The position numbers and the translations under genes are program-made. This document shows, in pieces, positions 7,545 through 18,166 of a stretch of DNA of 64,000 bases. Location: positions 1 to 64,000 of IMG/VR virus record IMGVR_UViG_3300005613_000020; one strand, written 5' to 3'. Source of the DNA: a virus. The notes below the pieces were generated by a model. It was not told the origin of the DNA and did not search any database. It saw nothing but the letters and a program-made list of their open reading frames with translations. Within the stretch, counting starts at the first letter, position 1, and every line of letters begins with the position of its first letter.

Positions 7545-9992
7545 TTAATCAACAAGAGTTCTCCCAAGAATTCCTTTGTCAACATCCCATTCAACTTCAG
7601 TAGCAGGAAGTTCAACTCCTGTTCTTACACCAGTTAGTCTAATAAGACGACGTTTTTCTTCAATGGTTGCATTCTCAGTTTTTGATATTATCAGGCATTG
7701 ATCTACAGCTTGAGCAAAGGCAAAAGAGTATCCAACCTCGTCAATAGAAGGAGTTTCCTTTTCTGTAGATCCTCTACCAAGTTGGTTGGAAGCAAGAACA
7801 ACAATGTTTCTAGATGTAGCAAGTGACTTCAATCCATATGTGACATTCATAACCTTCTCCCATGTATTGATATTCTTCTTGCTATCCTTGATAAGATATA
7901 TTCCGTCTACTACTACAATATCAGGTTGAAACTTCGCTGTTATATCTTCAATGCTTCCTAGAGTAAGCGCCTTCTTATAAGCATCTCCTACAACGGACAT
8001 CCAATCAGATCTATCAGATATTTGCTCCAACCAATCCTTATACTCCGTTGGATTTGAGAGTGTTCCTCTAACCAATCCCATATTAGAAAACTCATAACCT
8101 GTGATCTTTCCCATGATTGTATCCCAACGTGCCTCTAGTTCAACGATAGATAGCTCTGGTGAGAAAAATAGAACCCTTTTGCCTAGGGAGTATGCAATGC
8201 ATGATAGGTATAGAGCAAGCCAGCTGTTATGTACTACTAATCCATTAGCTATAAAATTATGGTTTCCCTCTATTTCTAGATCATACGTATTATCATAGTT
8301 GCAATTCTTGCGTATAGTGGAAACCTTATCAAACCATAGTTCTGATGTAGATAAGTTTTGCAAAACAGTAGAATCATATTTCTTAGCAAATGAGGATAAA
8401 GTTTTTCTTGGGCAAGCTCTTTTACCGTCTTGCTTATAAACATCCTTTCTTGGTATCCTAGAAGCTTTCCAAAAATAATCTGGTCTTTCATCCCTTATTA
8501 TTTTTCTTATCTCCATTGGAAATGTAGAATCTCTTCGTCTTCTCCCGCAATAGCTGCTGTAGAATTCTTCAAACTGAGCCAGCTTGTCTCCTATTAAGTG
8601 TCTACCTACAGTGTTTCTAAACTTTTCTATAATTGTTGGATCATTTAGTTTTACTCTAATCGTATGTTTATTAGGATATATTTTAGACGGAATACCTAGC
8701 CTGTGAAGCATAAAAGAAACTTGAGATAACAGTTTTTCAGAGCAACTATCGTAAGCAATGTAGGTTTTAACTTCCCCGTCTCCACACCACATAGCTCCCA
8801 ATAAAATAGCTATTTGATTCGTATCTAGTTCATACACAAAATTCTCCAATGTCTTATCTATTGATTTATGCCCCCATAACCCTACCTTTTCTAAAAGTTC
8901 TCTTAAGCCGTTATGCCTTTCTCCACCACCTCTAATTTCGAAACTTCTACCTTCTTGTTTAATTGATGAAAACCAAGCCTTTGGATATAAGAAATTTATG
9001 AGACTTCTGAACCTTCGGTTAATCTCCAAATCATATGCTGTAAAAGAGGGCAACAAACAACATCCGTCAGAAATCATATATCCCAGTATTTCTAATTCTT
9101 CGTTTGATAGAAAGCATGATGTTTCTGATTCTAGAAGGCAGCTTGGTCTTATGATTGATTCCCCCTCTTCCAAATCTTCAACTTTGATCCAGCCCCTAAG
9201 AGTAAATACAGGATGATTTTTTGTTAGTTTAATAGATAATCCACTATCAAAGGATACTTCATAGATTTCCTTTTTCCCGTTATCTATAACATCAATGACC
9301 TTGCACCAGGAAAACTTGTAGTTATTTTCATCTATGCTTTGAACTACATCTCCCAATACAACATCCTCTATATTTATATAACCGCGCTTAGTCCAAACTT
9401 TGGACCCTTTGCATAAGCATTTTCCACGTTTTGTAGAACCAATAACTCCCACTAAATTGCCTGGCAACCAGCTTACTCCAAGTTCGTCAAGAATTTCTAG
9501 GCCAGTAGGAATGCCAATTGGTTCACCATGCTTAATTGCTTCTACCTTTTCAATTAGCCTATCAATTCTCTCAATTGCATCTCTGTCTGTATAGCTTCTA
9601 CCGTAATCTGCATCTGGCCTAAGTTCGGATAGATTGCTTATCAGATACTCAAGTGAATCTAGTGGCTTCTCTTCTTCCATTAGTAGTTCGATTCCCCGCT
9701 CTAAAACAGATTGCATTGACCTAGATGTTTGAGCCTTAATCAGCTCAGATATATGCCATTCAAGCTCGTCTTCAATTACTGTGTCGGACTTGAAGCTATC
9801 AAACTTCTTCTCTAGAACTTGTATAGAAGGAACCTTTCCCTCATAGTTCCTAGAAAACTCCTCCACAAATTCATAGACTGGAAGCAGCTCTTGAAAGGAG
9901 TTAGGACTAATTCCCTTATCTCTGAGATCTACAAGCTTGTCAAAGGAAATTATTGATGAAATAACATATCTCTCTAAATCAATTTGATCCAT
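7545..9992 (-). CDS. DnaB-like replicative helicase containing an intein
   Basis: Walker A GSTKRGK/S split by the intein; Walker B IVVVDGIYL; SNQLGR; spliced product 417 aa. Confidence 0.9.
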   Translation of the reverse strand: MDQIDLERYVISSIISFDKLVDLRDKGISPNSFQELLPVYEFVEEFSRNYEGKVPSIQVLEKKFDSFKSDTVIEDELEWHISELIKAQTSRSMQSVLERGIELLMEEEKPLDSLEYLISNLSELRPDADYGRSYTDRDAIERIDRLIEKVEAIKHGEPIGIPTGLEILDELGVSWLPGNLVGVIGSTKRGKCLCKGSKVWTKRGYINIEDVVLGDVVQSIDENNYKFSWCKVIDVIDNGKKEIYEVSFDSGLSIKLTKNHPVFTLRGWIKVEDLEEGESIIRPSCLLESETSCFLSNEELEILGYMISDGCCLLPSFTAYDLEINRRFRSLINFLYPKAWFSSIKQEGRSFEIRGGGERHNGLRELLEKVGLWGHKSIDKTLENFVYELDTNQIAILLGAMWCGDGEVKTYIAYDSCSEKLLSQVSFMLHRLGIPSKIYPNKHTIRVKLNDPTIIEKFRNTVGRHLIGDKLAQFEEFYSSYCGRRRRDSTFPMEIRKIIRDERPDYFWKASRIPRKDVYKQDGKRACPRKTLSSFAKKYDSTVLQNLSTSELWFDKVSTIRKNCNYDNTYDLEIEGNHNFIANGLVVHNSWLALYLSCIAYSLGKRVLFFSPELSIVELEARWDTIMGKITGYEFSNMGLVRGTLSNPTEYKDWLEQISDRSDWMSVVGDAYKKALTLGSIEDITAKFQPDIVVVDGIYLIKDSKKNINTWEKVMNVTYGLKSLATSRNIVVLASNQLGRGSTEKETPSIDEVGYSFAFAQAVDQCLIISKTENATIEEKRRLIRLTGVRTGVELPATEVEWDVDKGILGRTLVD
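8226..9419 (-). mobile_element. 398-aa intein with LAGLIDADG homing endonuclease
   Basis: Starts CLCKGSKV, block B TKNHPV, LGYMISDG and LGAMWCGDG motifs, ends YDLEIEGNHNFIANGLVVHN/S. Confidence 0.95.
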
Positions 9993-10051
9993 TTAAAAGA
10001 CCCCCATTATTTGGCCTATTCTTTCCAACATGTGGGTTACCTTGGTTTTGG

Positions 10052-10426
10052 TTATTCCTCCGTTTTATTGGCAAGTTTGGCTAGAGGAATAAGACAATTC
10101 CTGTGATTTTTATGATAAGCGACCAACCAATCTTCCACACTTTTTTGGGCATACCTTATTATTCCCTCTTCTTCGGTTACTCCTTCTAGGTTACGCCTAG
10201 CTTGTGCAACATTATTAAGCATATCTACAGTGAAGTATCCCGTACTTCTGCTATTTCTCTTAAGAGCTTTCTGTACTTTATACCATTTTTCCTTGCTAAA
10301 TCTAGGTAATTTGCATACCATTTCGTCTGCAAACCAATTAGCATAGTTGAAGGAATCGTCCAACGGACATATAGGAGCTTCACATACTTTATAATACCTG
10401 CATTCCTTTTCCGCCTTTATTACCAT
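10052..10426 (-). CDS. hypothetical protein (C-x5-C-x-APICPLD)
   Basis: ORF with AGGAGG RBS. Confidence 0.6.
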   Translation of the reverse strand: MVIKAEKECRYYKVCEAPICPLDDSFNYANWFADEMVCKLPRFSKEKWYKVQKALKRNSRSTGYFTVDMLNNVAQARRNLEGVTEEEGIIRYAQKSVEDWLVAYHKNHRNCLIPLAKLANKTEE

Positions 10427-10581
10427 CGTTATCCTCCTTCCACATAAGATAAGCCCGGCAGATGGCTATGGGGGCTGTTGGGCCAACAAACATGAAGTCA
10501 TCTAGCTGGCATTCCCATGGGCAACCCTCTCCCTTCCATTGTCCAACTCTCCAAAGTTTCATATTACCATCCTTTCTTTTT

Positions 10582-10655
10582 TGGTGGAATCAGGTAGATT
10601 CGAACTCCCATCGTCGGTATGCAACACCGAAGTTCTCCCATTGAACTACGACCCC
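10582..10655 (-). tRNA. tRNA-Ala(UGC)
   Basis: Cloverleaf GGGGTCG...TCGGT-GTTGCAT-ACCGA...TTCGAAT...TGATTCC-A-CCA; G3:U70 alanine identity pair. Confidence 0.85.
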
Positions 10656-10656
10656 C

Positions 10657-11112
10657 CTAATTCCAATTCGTTATCCTTCTAGCCAACTCTTCTAGAGAGT
10701 ATACTATTTCTTGCTCTTCGTGTGCAAGTCTCAGTTGTTCCTGTATGTCAAACTTTCTGCTGTACTTAGGATGGATACCGACTAAGATATTCTTCCTTCC
10801 GACCCATCTACCAAGTTCGTACAAAGTTATAGGACATACCGTTTCCTTTGGGAACCAAAAAGAAATGAAATCGCTACAGTTTAAGTATGTGTGCTCCCAC
10901 TCTATTTGCTTTCTAGCTTCGTCAGAGTCAGGAACCCATTCAAAGTTATCTCTTCTTGGATTTATCAAGGTAGCGTCTTTCAAATACAAGAGGTCGATCA
11001 ATTCCTTTTGCCAATTAGGACAACCTGTTATTCCACCAGCTAGGAATATTATGGGACGCCTAGGAAGACCAAAACCACCGTGAGTATCTGGACATTGTAA
11101 TACCTCTGCCAT
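10657..11112 (-). CDS. nucleoside 2-deoxyribosyltransferase-like protein
   Basis: IFLAGGI...NPRR...QIEWE...FWFP...PITLYELG. Confidence 0.85.
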   Translation of the reverse strand: MAEVLQCPDTHGGFGLPRRPIIFLAGGITGCPNWQKELIDLLYLKDATLINPRRDNFEWVPDSDEARKQIEWEHTYLNCSDFISFWFPKETVCPITLYELGRWVGRKNILVGIHPKYSRKFDIQEQLRLAHEEQEIVYSLEELARRITNWN

Positions 11113-11117
11113 TTATT

Positions 11118-11357
11118 TTACCTCCTAAACCCGAGAAAGAATATCACGTACCAAAGAACTGAATTGAATAAGTATGCCGTTGAACCAAGAAACAATCCCA
11201 AGGTCATCATTACGACTCCGATGGAAGCAAGTCCAGTTGCCGTTAAACCAGAGGTCCATAGGTTGACATGCTTACCCTTGAACGACGATACAATCTGAGG
11301 GATCAGGACCAATCCCAGAATAAACGCCGTTGATGCTATAAAAATATCTTGCCACAT
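11118..11357 (-). CDS. PQ-loop/SemiSWEET-like 3-TM membrane protein
   Basis: LIPQI after TM1; three hydrophobic helices. Confidence 0.6.
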   Translation of the reverse strand: MWQDIFIASTAFILGLVLIPQIVSSFKGKHVNLWTSGLTATGLASIGVVMMTLGLFLGSTAYLFNSVLWYVIFFLGFRR

Positions 11358-11728
11358 TCTACCTACTTTCTGCTATCAAAACAATTGCACACATTGAACG
11401 TCTTGAATACTTGCCGTCATAACTAGGCTTTGTTACCCACCATTGGCATAAGGTTTTCCTGCATACATCCTTTATCAAAGGACAGTAATCTCCTGCATTC
11501 ATATGTTCCCATTTATGTTCTGGTTCTACCATCAGTATCCGTACTCCCACTCTGAACGTGGTGGATATTGGCCAATAGATTCACACACAGGGCACTTTGA
11601 CCAAGTTGCCCCTGCAATCATTCCTGCATTATATGCAGCTGCTTTGCTTACCCATCTTTTTTCCGAAGGAACCCTACCGTCAAAAACTGGCCAACCTCCA
11701 CGTTTTACTGTATATAGATCTTTCATCT

Positions 11729-12139
11729 TCATATTCCATTTATTGAAACGTACTTCAAATGATCCGGGGGTTCTTCATTTAGTGGTCCCCACAAAGGATG
11801 GTCGTTCCACCTATGTCTATCTCTCAAACTCTCGTTATATTTGCTTAACGTCATATCACCAGCTTGCCATAGACCAGCTTCTGGGCAAGTTATCACAACA
11901 TGATTTCCATTATCCTCAACTATGTAGGGTTCTACGAAGTTCTCCCAATAAGTTGACATTGCCATATTATTGTCATGGGAAGCCCACCAACAACTAGCTA
12001 AAGCTAGAATTATAAGCCCAATTACTACTGCTACTATTAATGAACCGAAAGACCTTGTGAATACAGATTTCCAGTCTATTCCGTAAATATAGCATTTTTC
12101 TTTATGTGAATACCATTTGTGCCTTGGTATTATACGCAT
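11729..12139 (-). CDS. hypothetical membrane-anchored protein
   Basis: Single TM segment. Confidence 0.55.
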   Translation of the reverse strand: MRIIPRHKWYSHKEKCYIYGIDWKSVFTRSFGSLIVAVVIGLIILALASCWWASHDNNMAMSTYWENFVEPYIVEDNGNHVVITCPEAGLWQAGDMTLSKYNESLRDRHRWNDHPLWGPLNEEPPDHLKYVSINGI

Positions 12140-12141
12140 AT

Positions 12142-12510
12142 CTACTCTCCTCTCAACTTCCTAACAATACGTTTTAGTATATTTCTAACGGTCCATCTAC
12201 CGTTGAATTCTCTGTCGTAGAGCCTAACAACGTCACGCATAAGTTCAAAGTACTCTGGATATGTAAGTATCACGACATTTACCTCAGTTTTATCAAAATT
12301 GAATTCTCGTGTTTCTATTTTCGATTGCTTTATAAGTGGAAGTAGCTTATCGGACATAGAACGAGATAAAAGATAGTCCTTATAATGCCCTAGATGACCC
12401 TCCTCGACCAGATCAGACTTCATTAAATCATCTACTGCGTAGCTAACTGAGAATTTCCTTGCATAGCCTAGTCTATTTATGATCGCTTCCCTGTTATTAG
12501 GCTTTTTCAC
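12142..12510 (-). CDS. hypothetical protein
   Basis: Operonic ORF, AAGGAG RBS. Confidence 0.5.
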   Translation of the reverse strand: MKKPNNREAIINRLGYARKFSVSYAVDDLMKSDLVEEGHLGHYKDYLLSRSMSDKLLPLIKQSKIETREFNFDKTEVNVVILTYPEYFELMRDVVRLYDREFNGRWTVRNILKRIVRKLRGE

Positions 12511-12735
12511 TGTTACTCCTTACTTCTTTTCTCTAGTAAATCTATATCGATATATTTTAGTACTAGTAAATATTGCATATACAACATTTATCATGAACAT
12601 CTCCCAGTAGGAGAGAAATGTAAGCTCAACCGGAATGTGATGAGCCGACATATTAACGAAGGCTCCCCCAAGCAAGCACGGCTATCAACGGTCTACAGAA
12701 AATATCCCACAAACCCCCTATAGATCGCACCGTAC

Positions 12736-13298
12736 TTATACTCTTTCATCATAATCATTTTGTTCCTCCTTTACTACCAACTCGCATTTGGCAGGAGTTG
12801 ATTTATACTCTAGATTTAGAATGTTTCTAAGATCTCGCAACTCATTTCCAAGACGATCTATCATTGTTTTTAGATACTTAACATCAAGTATTTCCTTCAA
12901 GACATTCTCTCTGAACTCATGCCTTTGGATGACCTCAGTGTGGGATCCATATTCGTCCCGAGTATATGCAACCAACATATTTTCTAGATGTTCTACTCTG
13001 CGTACCAATGACTTATGCTGTATTCTTAATTCCGTGTCTTTCATAATTCCCCCTCTTTTCTAGTAGTATCTATTATTACATCGTCGCAATCATCTAAAAT
13101 CGTTTCTCCGTGATACTTGAATGTCACCCACGGAGAACCACAACATCCGCAAGCATTAACAGACATCTCAATACCACATGTTCTTAGAATATGTTCAACC
13201 AACTTTTTAGCTTCGTCCATACGCTTATTTTCTGATTCCATTTGTTTCAGTTCTCTTACAGCCTTAATGACACTAGGATCTACATTATTTAATATCAT
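12736..13298 (-). CDS. two overlapping hypothetical proteins (13041-13298, 12736-13044)
   Basis: ATGA start/stop overlap. Confidence 0.55.
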
Positions 13299-13299
13299 T

Positions 13300-14415
13300 T
13301 TACTTCGTCTCCTCCGACCAGATTACGCCAAAGACACTCCTCATATCCTTTCTTGGAAACCTTGACGATAAGGCTCTCATAACATTTCCCCTGTCAGTAA
13401 GGATACTCATTCCAAGTTGTCTGTATTCCTCCATGACTTTTTCCCTGAATTCATGCTTTTGGATGACTTCTTCCAGACATTTCGATATCCGGTAATGAAC
13501 CTTTTCAACTGATGTCTCTGAAAACTCTTCAAGAAGAAGAGCCCTGATATTGTCCGTCGTTGGAAGATCCCAATTTTCAAAAGCATTCTCACATGTGGCT
13601 ATTATGATGTTCTTTGAGATACCGCCTTGACTCCAATGGATCAGCTCAATTTGAGAGGGCTTGCATTTTAGCTGTTGCCAGTTTCCGTCATCGGTAAGCA
13701 TATACCAAACCTCTCCCTCACAGCCACAATAGTATCCGTCTCCAGTGTCCTCTATTGTTCTTTCCATCGTCTTCCTAGAGGCATTATAGGAATCCTCCAA
13801 TTTGACGTTCCCTAAAATACCTCCACGTAGCTTAGCAACAGAAAGATCAGTATGATCAAAAGGTAATGCCGATGGAGGAAGAATCTTACCATCTCGTCTA
13901 ACAAATAGTACTGACAAATCAAGAGACTTCTCGTACTTGATTAGATGAGGGTTCCTAGCTCCCCATAGCTCATACGATATGTCTGCTTCTAGAACCCTAG
14001 GCAAAGTTAGTATTTCTGGAATGTCCTCCATTATCTCCGCAAGCATCTCTCGGAACGGACCAAACTTAGAGTTTTGAACGGATGGGGTAAGTCTAGTCTT
14101 GAACGAAACAAAGATGTTACCCTTTGCGTCATGATACCGATAGCTGAAGATATTGGTTCCATCAAGCTTTTCGTACTGCTCTATGCTCACCGCTTTAGGA
14201 AAGCAGTAGTTACCGTTTTTGCCAAATGGGTACTTAATCTTAGGTGTACACCGGATCAGCTGAGGACACTCCGCATCATTTACTTTGGTGATCAATAAGG
14301 CTCCGTAGAGATCCGTACTAAGGTTTGATATGTACCCCTCAACAACATTGTCGTTGTAGGGATCTTCACATCGGAATTCCTTGTAGCAATTCTTGAATAT
14401 TTCCTCTGGATTCAT
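13300..14415 (-). CDS. second RNA-ligase-fold nucleotidyltransferase
   Basis: PKIKYP, motif I EKLDGTN, SYELWG, EGEVW, KCK. Confidence 0.7.
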   Translation of the reverse strand: MNPEEIFKNCYKEFRCEDPYNDNVVEGYISNLSTDLYGALLITKVNDAECPQLIRCTPKIKYPFGKNGNYCFPKAVSIEQYEKLDGTNIFSYRYHDAKGNIFVSFKTRLTPSVQNSKFGPFREMLAEIMEDIPEILTLPRVLEADISYELWGARNPHLIKYEKSLDLSVLFVRRDGKILPPSALPFDHTDLSVAKLRGGILGNVKLEDSYNASRKTMERTIEDTGDGYYCGCEGEVWYMLTDDGNWQQLKCKPSQIELIHWSQGGISKNIIIATCENAFENWDLPTTDNIRALLLEEFSETSVEKVHYRISKCLEEVIQKHEFREKVMEEYRQLGMSILTDRGNVMRALSSRFPRKDMRSVFGVIWSEETK

Positions 14416-14418
14416 TTC

Positions 14419-14865
14419 TTACTCTTCCTCTGCTTTAGGTATATTCACATGTATTGGTTTTCTTCCAGTTCTAGGTCTGGTATATTTATGTCTTCTTATC
14501 CTATCACTTTTCTTAGATTCGACTTCCGTATGTCCTGAATAACTTGAAGCTACCTTTCTGTACCGACGTTTCCTTGGCTTTGGAGCTTCCTCAAAGTCGT
14601 CAAGCATGTCAAATGGTACAACCCTTGTTGATGGACCCTGCTTCAAACTTATCGGAAGAACTATCCATGCATTTTCCTCGTCTTCTCTAATAGGAAGATA
14701 AGTAACTTGAACTCTGTTCTTTTTTATATACTTACAATCAACAAAGACCTTGGTTAGTTTATTTCTATGGTCTCTAAACCACACTTGTACCGAATCAGTC
14801 CCTAGTACCTTTTTTGTACGACTACATTTCAGCCAAGCTAGCAATTCTACCCTATCTTCTAACAT
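14419..14865 (-). CDS. hypothetical protein with basic C-terminus
   Basis: Operonic ORF. Confidence 0.55.
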   Translation of the reverse strand: MLEDRVELLAWLKCSRTKKVLGTDSVQVWFRDHRNKLTKVFVDCKYIKKNRVQVTYLPIREDEENAWIVLPISLKQGPSTRVVPFDMLDDFEEAPKPRKRRYRKVASSYSGHTEVESKKSDRIRRHKYTRPRTGRKPIHVNIPKAEEE

Positions 14866-15587
14866 GCAATATCCTTAGTTGAAATACCTATTACAAAGAT
14901 GGCAATTACAGGGAGACCTGTAAGTATCATTGTTTGCCTCTGCTTCTACCTCTTCGCCCTTAGTGGCTAATTCAACAGCACAGTTGAAGCAAATAACTTC
15001 ATTAGTAAGTTTTACACGGTAATAAACCTTTGCATCTACGCTCATAATTACTCCCTTATAACTAGCTAGCGGGTCTCGAATCCACAGTTGGCTTTTGACG
15101 GTTCCAGTCAGAGCTTTGTATTATAAATAATACGGCCGTCTAGGAATAGCCATGTCCTGAATTATAGTTTTGGTCCGGTTTGTCCTAATATGTGTTTGCT
15201 TTCTTATGGTTGCATACGTCCTTGCTTCAAGATCTGAATTGCAATTATAGCATTCGCGCATTACTGTACTCCTATTTTCTCTAACCTTCTCACACCAGTC
15301 CGCTAGATGGTTGTCTAGGAACTAGTGTTAGCCTGTTAGCTATTGTCTGATTATCGGAGTAGCGTTATTCCTTTCTCAGACTTAGATGCTGTGTTTATTT
15401 TTGTACCTAGGATATACCTCAGACTGAATTATATCTTCAATTTCCTTACATCGTTTTTCGCTTAATCCAGTAGCATATTGTATATCATACCAAGGTAGAT
15501 TTCCAGCTACATCTATTAGAGCTAATTCCAGGTGTTTAGTATATTCAGCAGTTTCCATAAGTTTTCCCCATCTTTTTCTATACTACT

Positions 15588-15624
15588 ATTATATACCAAC
15601 AAAGTTAATATCCTGGTAAACAAA
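15588..15624 (-). promoter_or_regulatory. repeated 37-bp promoter motif (TTTG...TAAC-N10-TATAAT), copy A
   Basis: Aligns position-for-position with copies at 20312, 21896, 32481, 35696. Confidence 0.6.
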
Positions 15625-15880
15625 GCGAGAACTGATGGTATACGTTTATGAATATTTAGCTAAATCCAATGTCCGCATTCATAAAGCCTAATCTCGGCAA
15701 TGATAGAATCAAGGTGAGCTGCAATATAGCTATCCAGAGAAGGGAGTTGGGGAGCAGGTTTAACCCTTAACCGAAAGTCACAGTCTCTTCTAATACAATA
15801 CACTTTTCTTAGTCTACTGTCGTATGTTACAGTAGTCAGTCCACACTTAGGACATTCATGCATCATTGTTTTCTCCTTAT

Positions 15881-15955
15881 TGGTCAGCGGGCTAGGATTC
15901 GAACCTAGAATGGCGGGGCCACAACCCACCGTGTTGCCATTACACTACCGCGCTG
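15881..15955 (-). tRNA. tRNA-His(GUG), atypical acceptor stem
   Basis: GTGGG-TTGTGGC-CCCGC anticodon arm, CTAGG-TTCGAAT-CCTAG T arm, encoded CCA; one bulged C in the acceptor stem, A73. Confidence 0.75.
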
Positions 15956-15960
15956 ACAAA

Positions 15961-16039
15961 TGGTCGGAGTGGTAGGATTCGAACCTACGACCCCCTGGTC
16001 CCAGGCTAGGTGCTCTAAACCGGACTGAGCTACACTCCG
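15961..16039 (-). tRNA. tRNA-Pro(UGG)
   Basis: CGGAGTG...CACTCCG-A-CCA; anticodon loop CCTGGGA; bacterial-type C1:G72. Confidence 0.85.
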
Positions 16040-16070
16040 ATCAATAGGTCCTTGATCCTTGTGAAATACT

Positions 16071-16439
16071 TCATACTACTCCTTTCTTAGTGTACCTCTC
16101 TAGCTTGTAGACCATATTCTGGAATGATTTTCCGTCCGTAGCTTCCGGCATGAAATCACCCAGAACCCTTACAGCCTTACCCATAGCAAAGGCCATACCA
16201 AGGTCAAACAATACTCCTTGAGACTGTCCATCCCAAGCAACATAGACAACATCCGCATCCCTTATTGCCTGACAGTTATCCAAACAAATCCTAAGACCAG
16301 AACTGTCATTTTGGTTTGTATCTCGTGGAGGGTAGTGAACTGTGTGTCCGTGTGACTCAAGGTGTGCTATCTCTGCTTCGATACCTAGGCGAAACTTCTC
16401 ATCTACGTTTCTTACTGGACACGCTAAGAAAATGTTCAT
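16071..16439 (-). CDS. nucleoside 2-deoxyribosyltransferase-fold protein
   Basis: IFLACPV...YPPRD...AIRDADVV...SQGVLFDLGMA. Confidence 0.8.
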   Translation of the reverse strand: MNIFLACPVRNVDEKFRLGIEAEIAHLESHGHTVHYPPRDTNQNDSSGLRICLDNCQAIRDADVVYVAWDGQSQGVLFDLGMAFAMGKAVRVLGDFMPEATDGKSFQNMVYKLERYTKKGVV

Positions 16440-16915
16440 TCAACTTCTCCTACCTATCTTATGATAATCTGAAATGATGTCCATCACTAGACTTTCAGCA
16501 GCATCATAATCAGGATGTGCTGGCCAACGGACTTCTATCGTAAGCATCCTCAGCTCTCTTGAAAAGTCTTTCAGCTTCTTCCTTGACTTGTTCTAAGGAC
16601 CATTCTCCTCTCTTGATGTTCTTGAGAAGTTCAGCATCGTCACGGAAGACATGAAATTCTCCCTCATGTAGAAATTCAACGCACATTCGCATGATCCTAA
16701 CCAGATGAGCAGCATTCTTTACGTCGAAGCCGAACTTATCTACAAGATACTTCCTCTTCTTTCCTTGATACCCCTCGAACTTATAATGCTCCATCCTCTT
16801 GCTTTGACCGTAAGCATACCCACAAAAGGCATGATAGGCTTGCTTAGAAACGAATATCATTCGACTATCAATTAGCCGTTGACCATAGGGATGAATATGC
16901 ACATAGTCATAAAAA

Positions 16916-18166
16916 TTAGGCACAGGAAACCACGGGGCTTGCCCCGTGGAGGAATGTGCCCCTCCTTTCTGTTAAAGTTGTTGTTCTTGCTTTTAACCTT
17001 GTGCAATCTTTCTTTACATTTACTGAAGGACTTATTGTATTGCCTTCCAAGTCTGATATAGCAAAAAAACCTGTACTTCTTTTACCCTTGACAAATCCAA
17101 TACCCTTTGGGGTTTGAATGTAATCAAACTTCCTCAACCCAAACAGTTTGCCAGTTGGGATTTTCTTTTCACTTCTACTGCCTTTAGTTTGCCGATAATC
17201 ACCTTTAGCAACATGCTTCTTGAAATAAACGCTATCAGACAAACTGACGACTTCACCTTCCTCACAGCATATTGCTACAGCGTCAAAATTATGAGACTTG
17301 GGTAATTGTAAGATTTGTTCTCTCTTGAACTTAGTCTCATATCCAAATGTTTCTTCAAAAGCACCAAACTGCTTTTTTAATTGAGACTTCACAATCCCAA
17401 CTTCAGTAGCATGTTTTGTTTTACTTCTTACACCTCTAATTTGAAACTCTCCGTTGTGCAACTTATCATGGCAACCTTCACATAAAGTAATTAAATTGCT
17501 TGGAGTATCTGTTCCTCCATTACTTCTAAAAACAATATGATGAACGTGCAACTTACCTTTCTTGGTTTTGCATTTCTGGCATTGATATCCATCACGATGC
17601 AAAACATAGGCTTTTACATTATAGAATCCTTTTTGATTGCCTTTCTGGTAATCCCACCTACCAACTTCAGGGTTGGATATTTTATGAATATCAAAACTTG
17701 CTGTTTCCACTTTCCAAATGGTTACAGGCAATATTGATTCAACAAACTTCTTTTCCCTCAGATGAGAATCAACTTTTGATTTAATGCTTGGTGCAAGCCT
17801 TCCATTTTTTCGCATAGAAGCTCTGTTCTCCCAACGTGCCTTTCTATGCCTTGTTTTCCTCCCCCTTCTGTTTCTGCGATACATTTTTCTTTGTTCCATC
17901 TTCTTTGAAACATCTTGTCTGACCTGAACTTCTGATTGATAAGCTACTTTGCCGTTTGCAGTAGCAGCACAACCAATCGTTTTGCTGCCTGTGTCCATAC
18001 CAGCAACGACTTCCTGTGTGTTTTCTTCACAATCCCATAATAGTTTGATTGTGAATGGGGTCCGTTTAATTACCTTTGCTTTACCTGCTTTAAGCAAATG
18101 TTTTGCTTTAGTAGGCTTACAGGGCATCAAAGGATTTCCGTTCTTATTGATTACATACACATACAT
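16916..18166 (-). CDS. iscB: RNA-guided endonuclease IscB
   Basis: PLMP N-terminus, RuvC-I GMDTGSK, Arg-rich bridge helix, RuvC-II VETASFD, HNH (CQKC...HVHH...NLITLCEGCH), RuvC-III HNFDA. Confidence 0.96.
   Translation of the reverse strand: MYVYVINKNGNPLMPCKPTKAKHLLKAGKAKVIKRTPFTIKLLWDCEENTQEVVAGMDTGSKTIGCAATANGKVAYQSEVQVRQDVSKKMEQRKMYRRNRRGRKTRHRKARWENRASMRKNGRLAPSIKSKVDSHLREKKFVESILPVTIWKVETASFDIHKISNPEVGRWDYQKGNQKGFYNVKAYVLHRDGYQCQKCKTKKGKLHVHHIVFRSNGGTDTPSNLITLCEGCHDKLHNGEFQIRGVRSKTKHATEVGIVKSQLKKQFGAFEETFGYETKFKREQILQLPKSHNFDAVAICCEEGEVVSLSDSVYFKKHVAKGDYRQTKGSRSEKKIPTGKLFGLRKFDYIQTPKGIGFVKGKRSTGFFAISDLEGNTISPSVNVKKDCTRLKARTTTLTERRGTFLHGASPVVSCA

Noticed and set aside
7371-7545. Replication origin next to the helicase gene
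   Set aside because: Only a pyrimidine tract and a promoter are visible; there are no iterons or other support.
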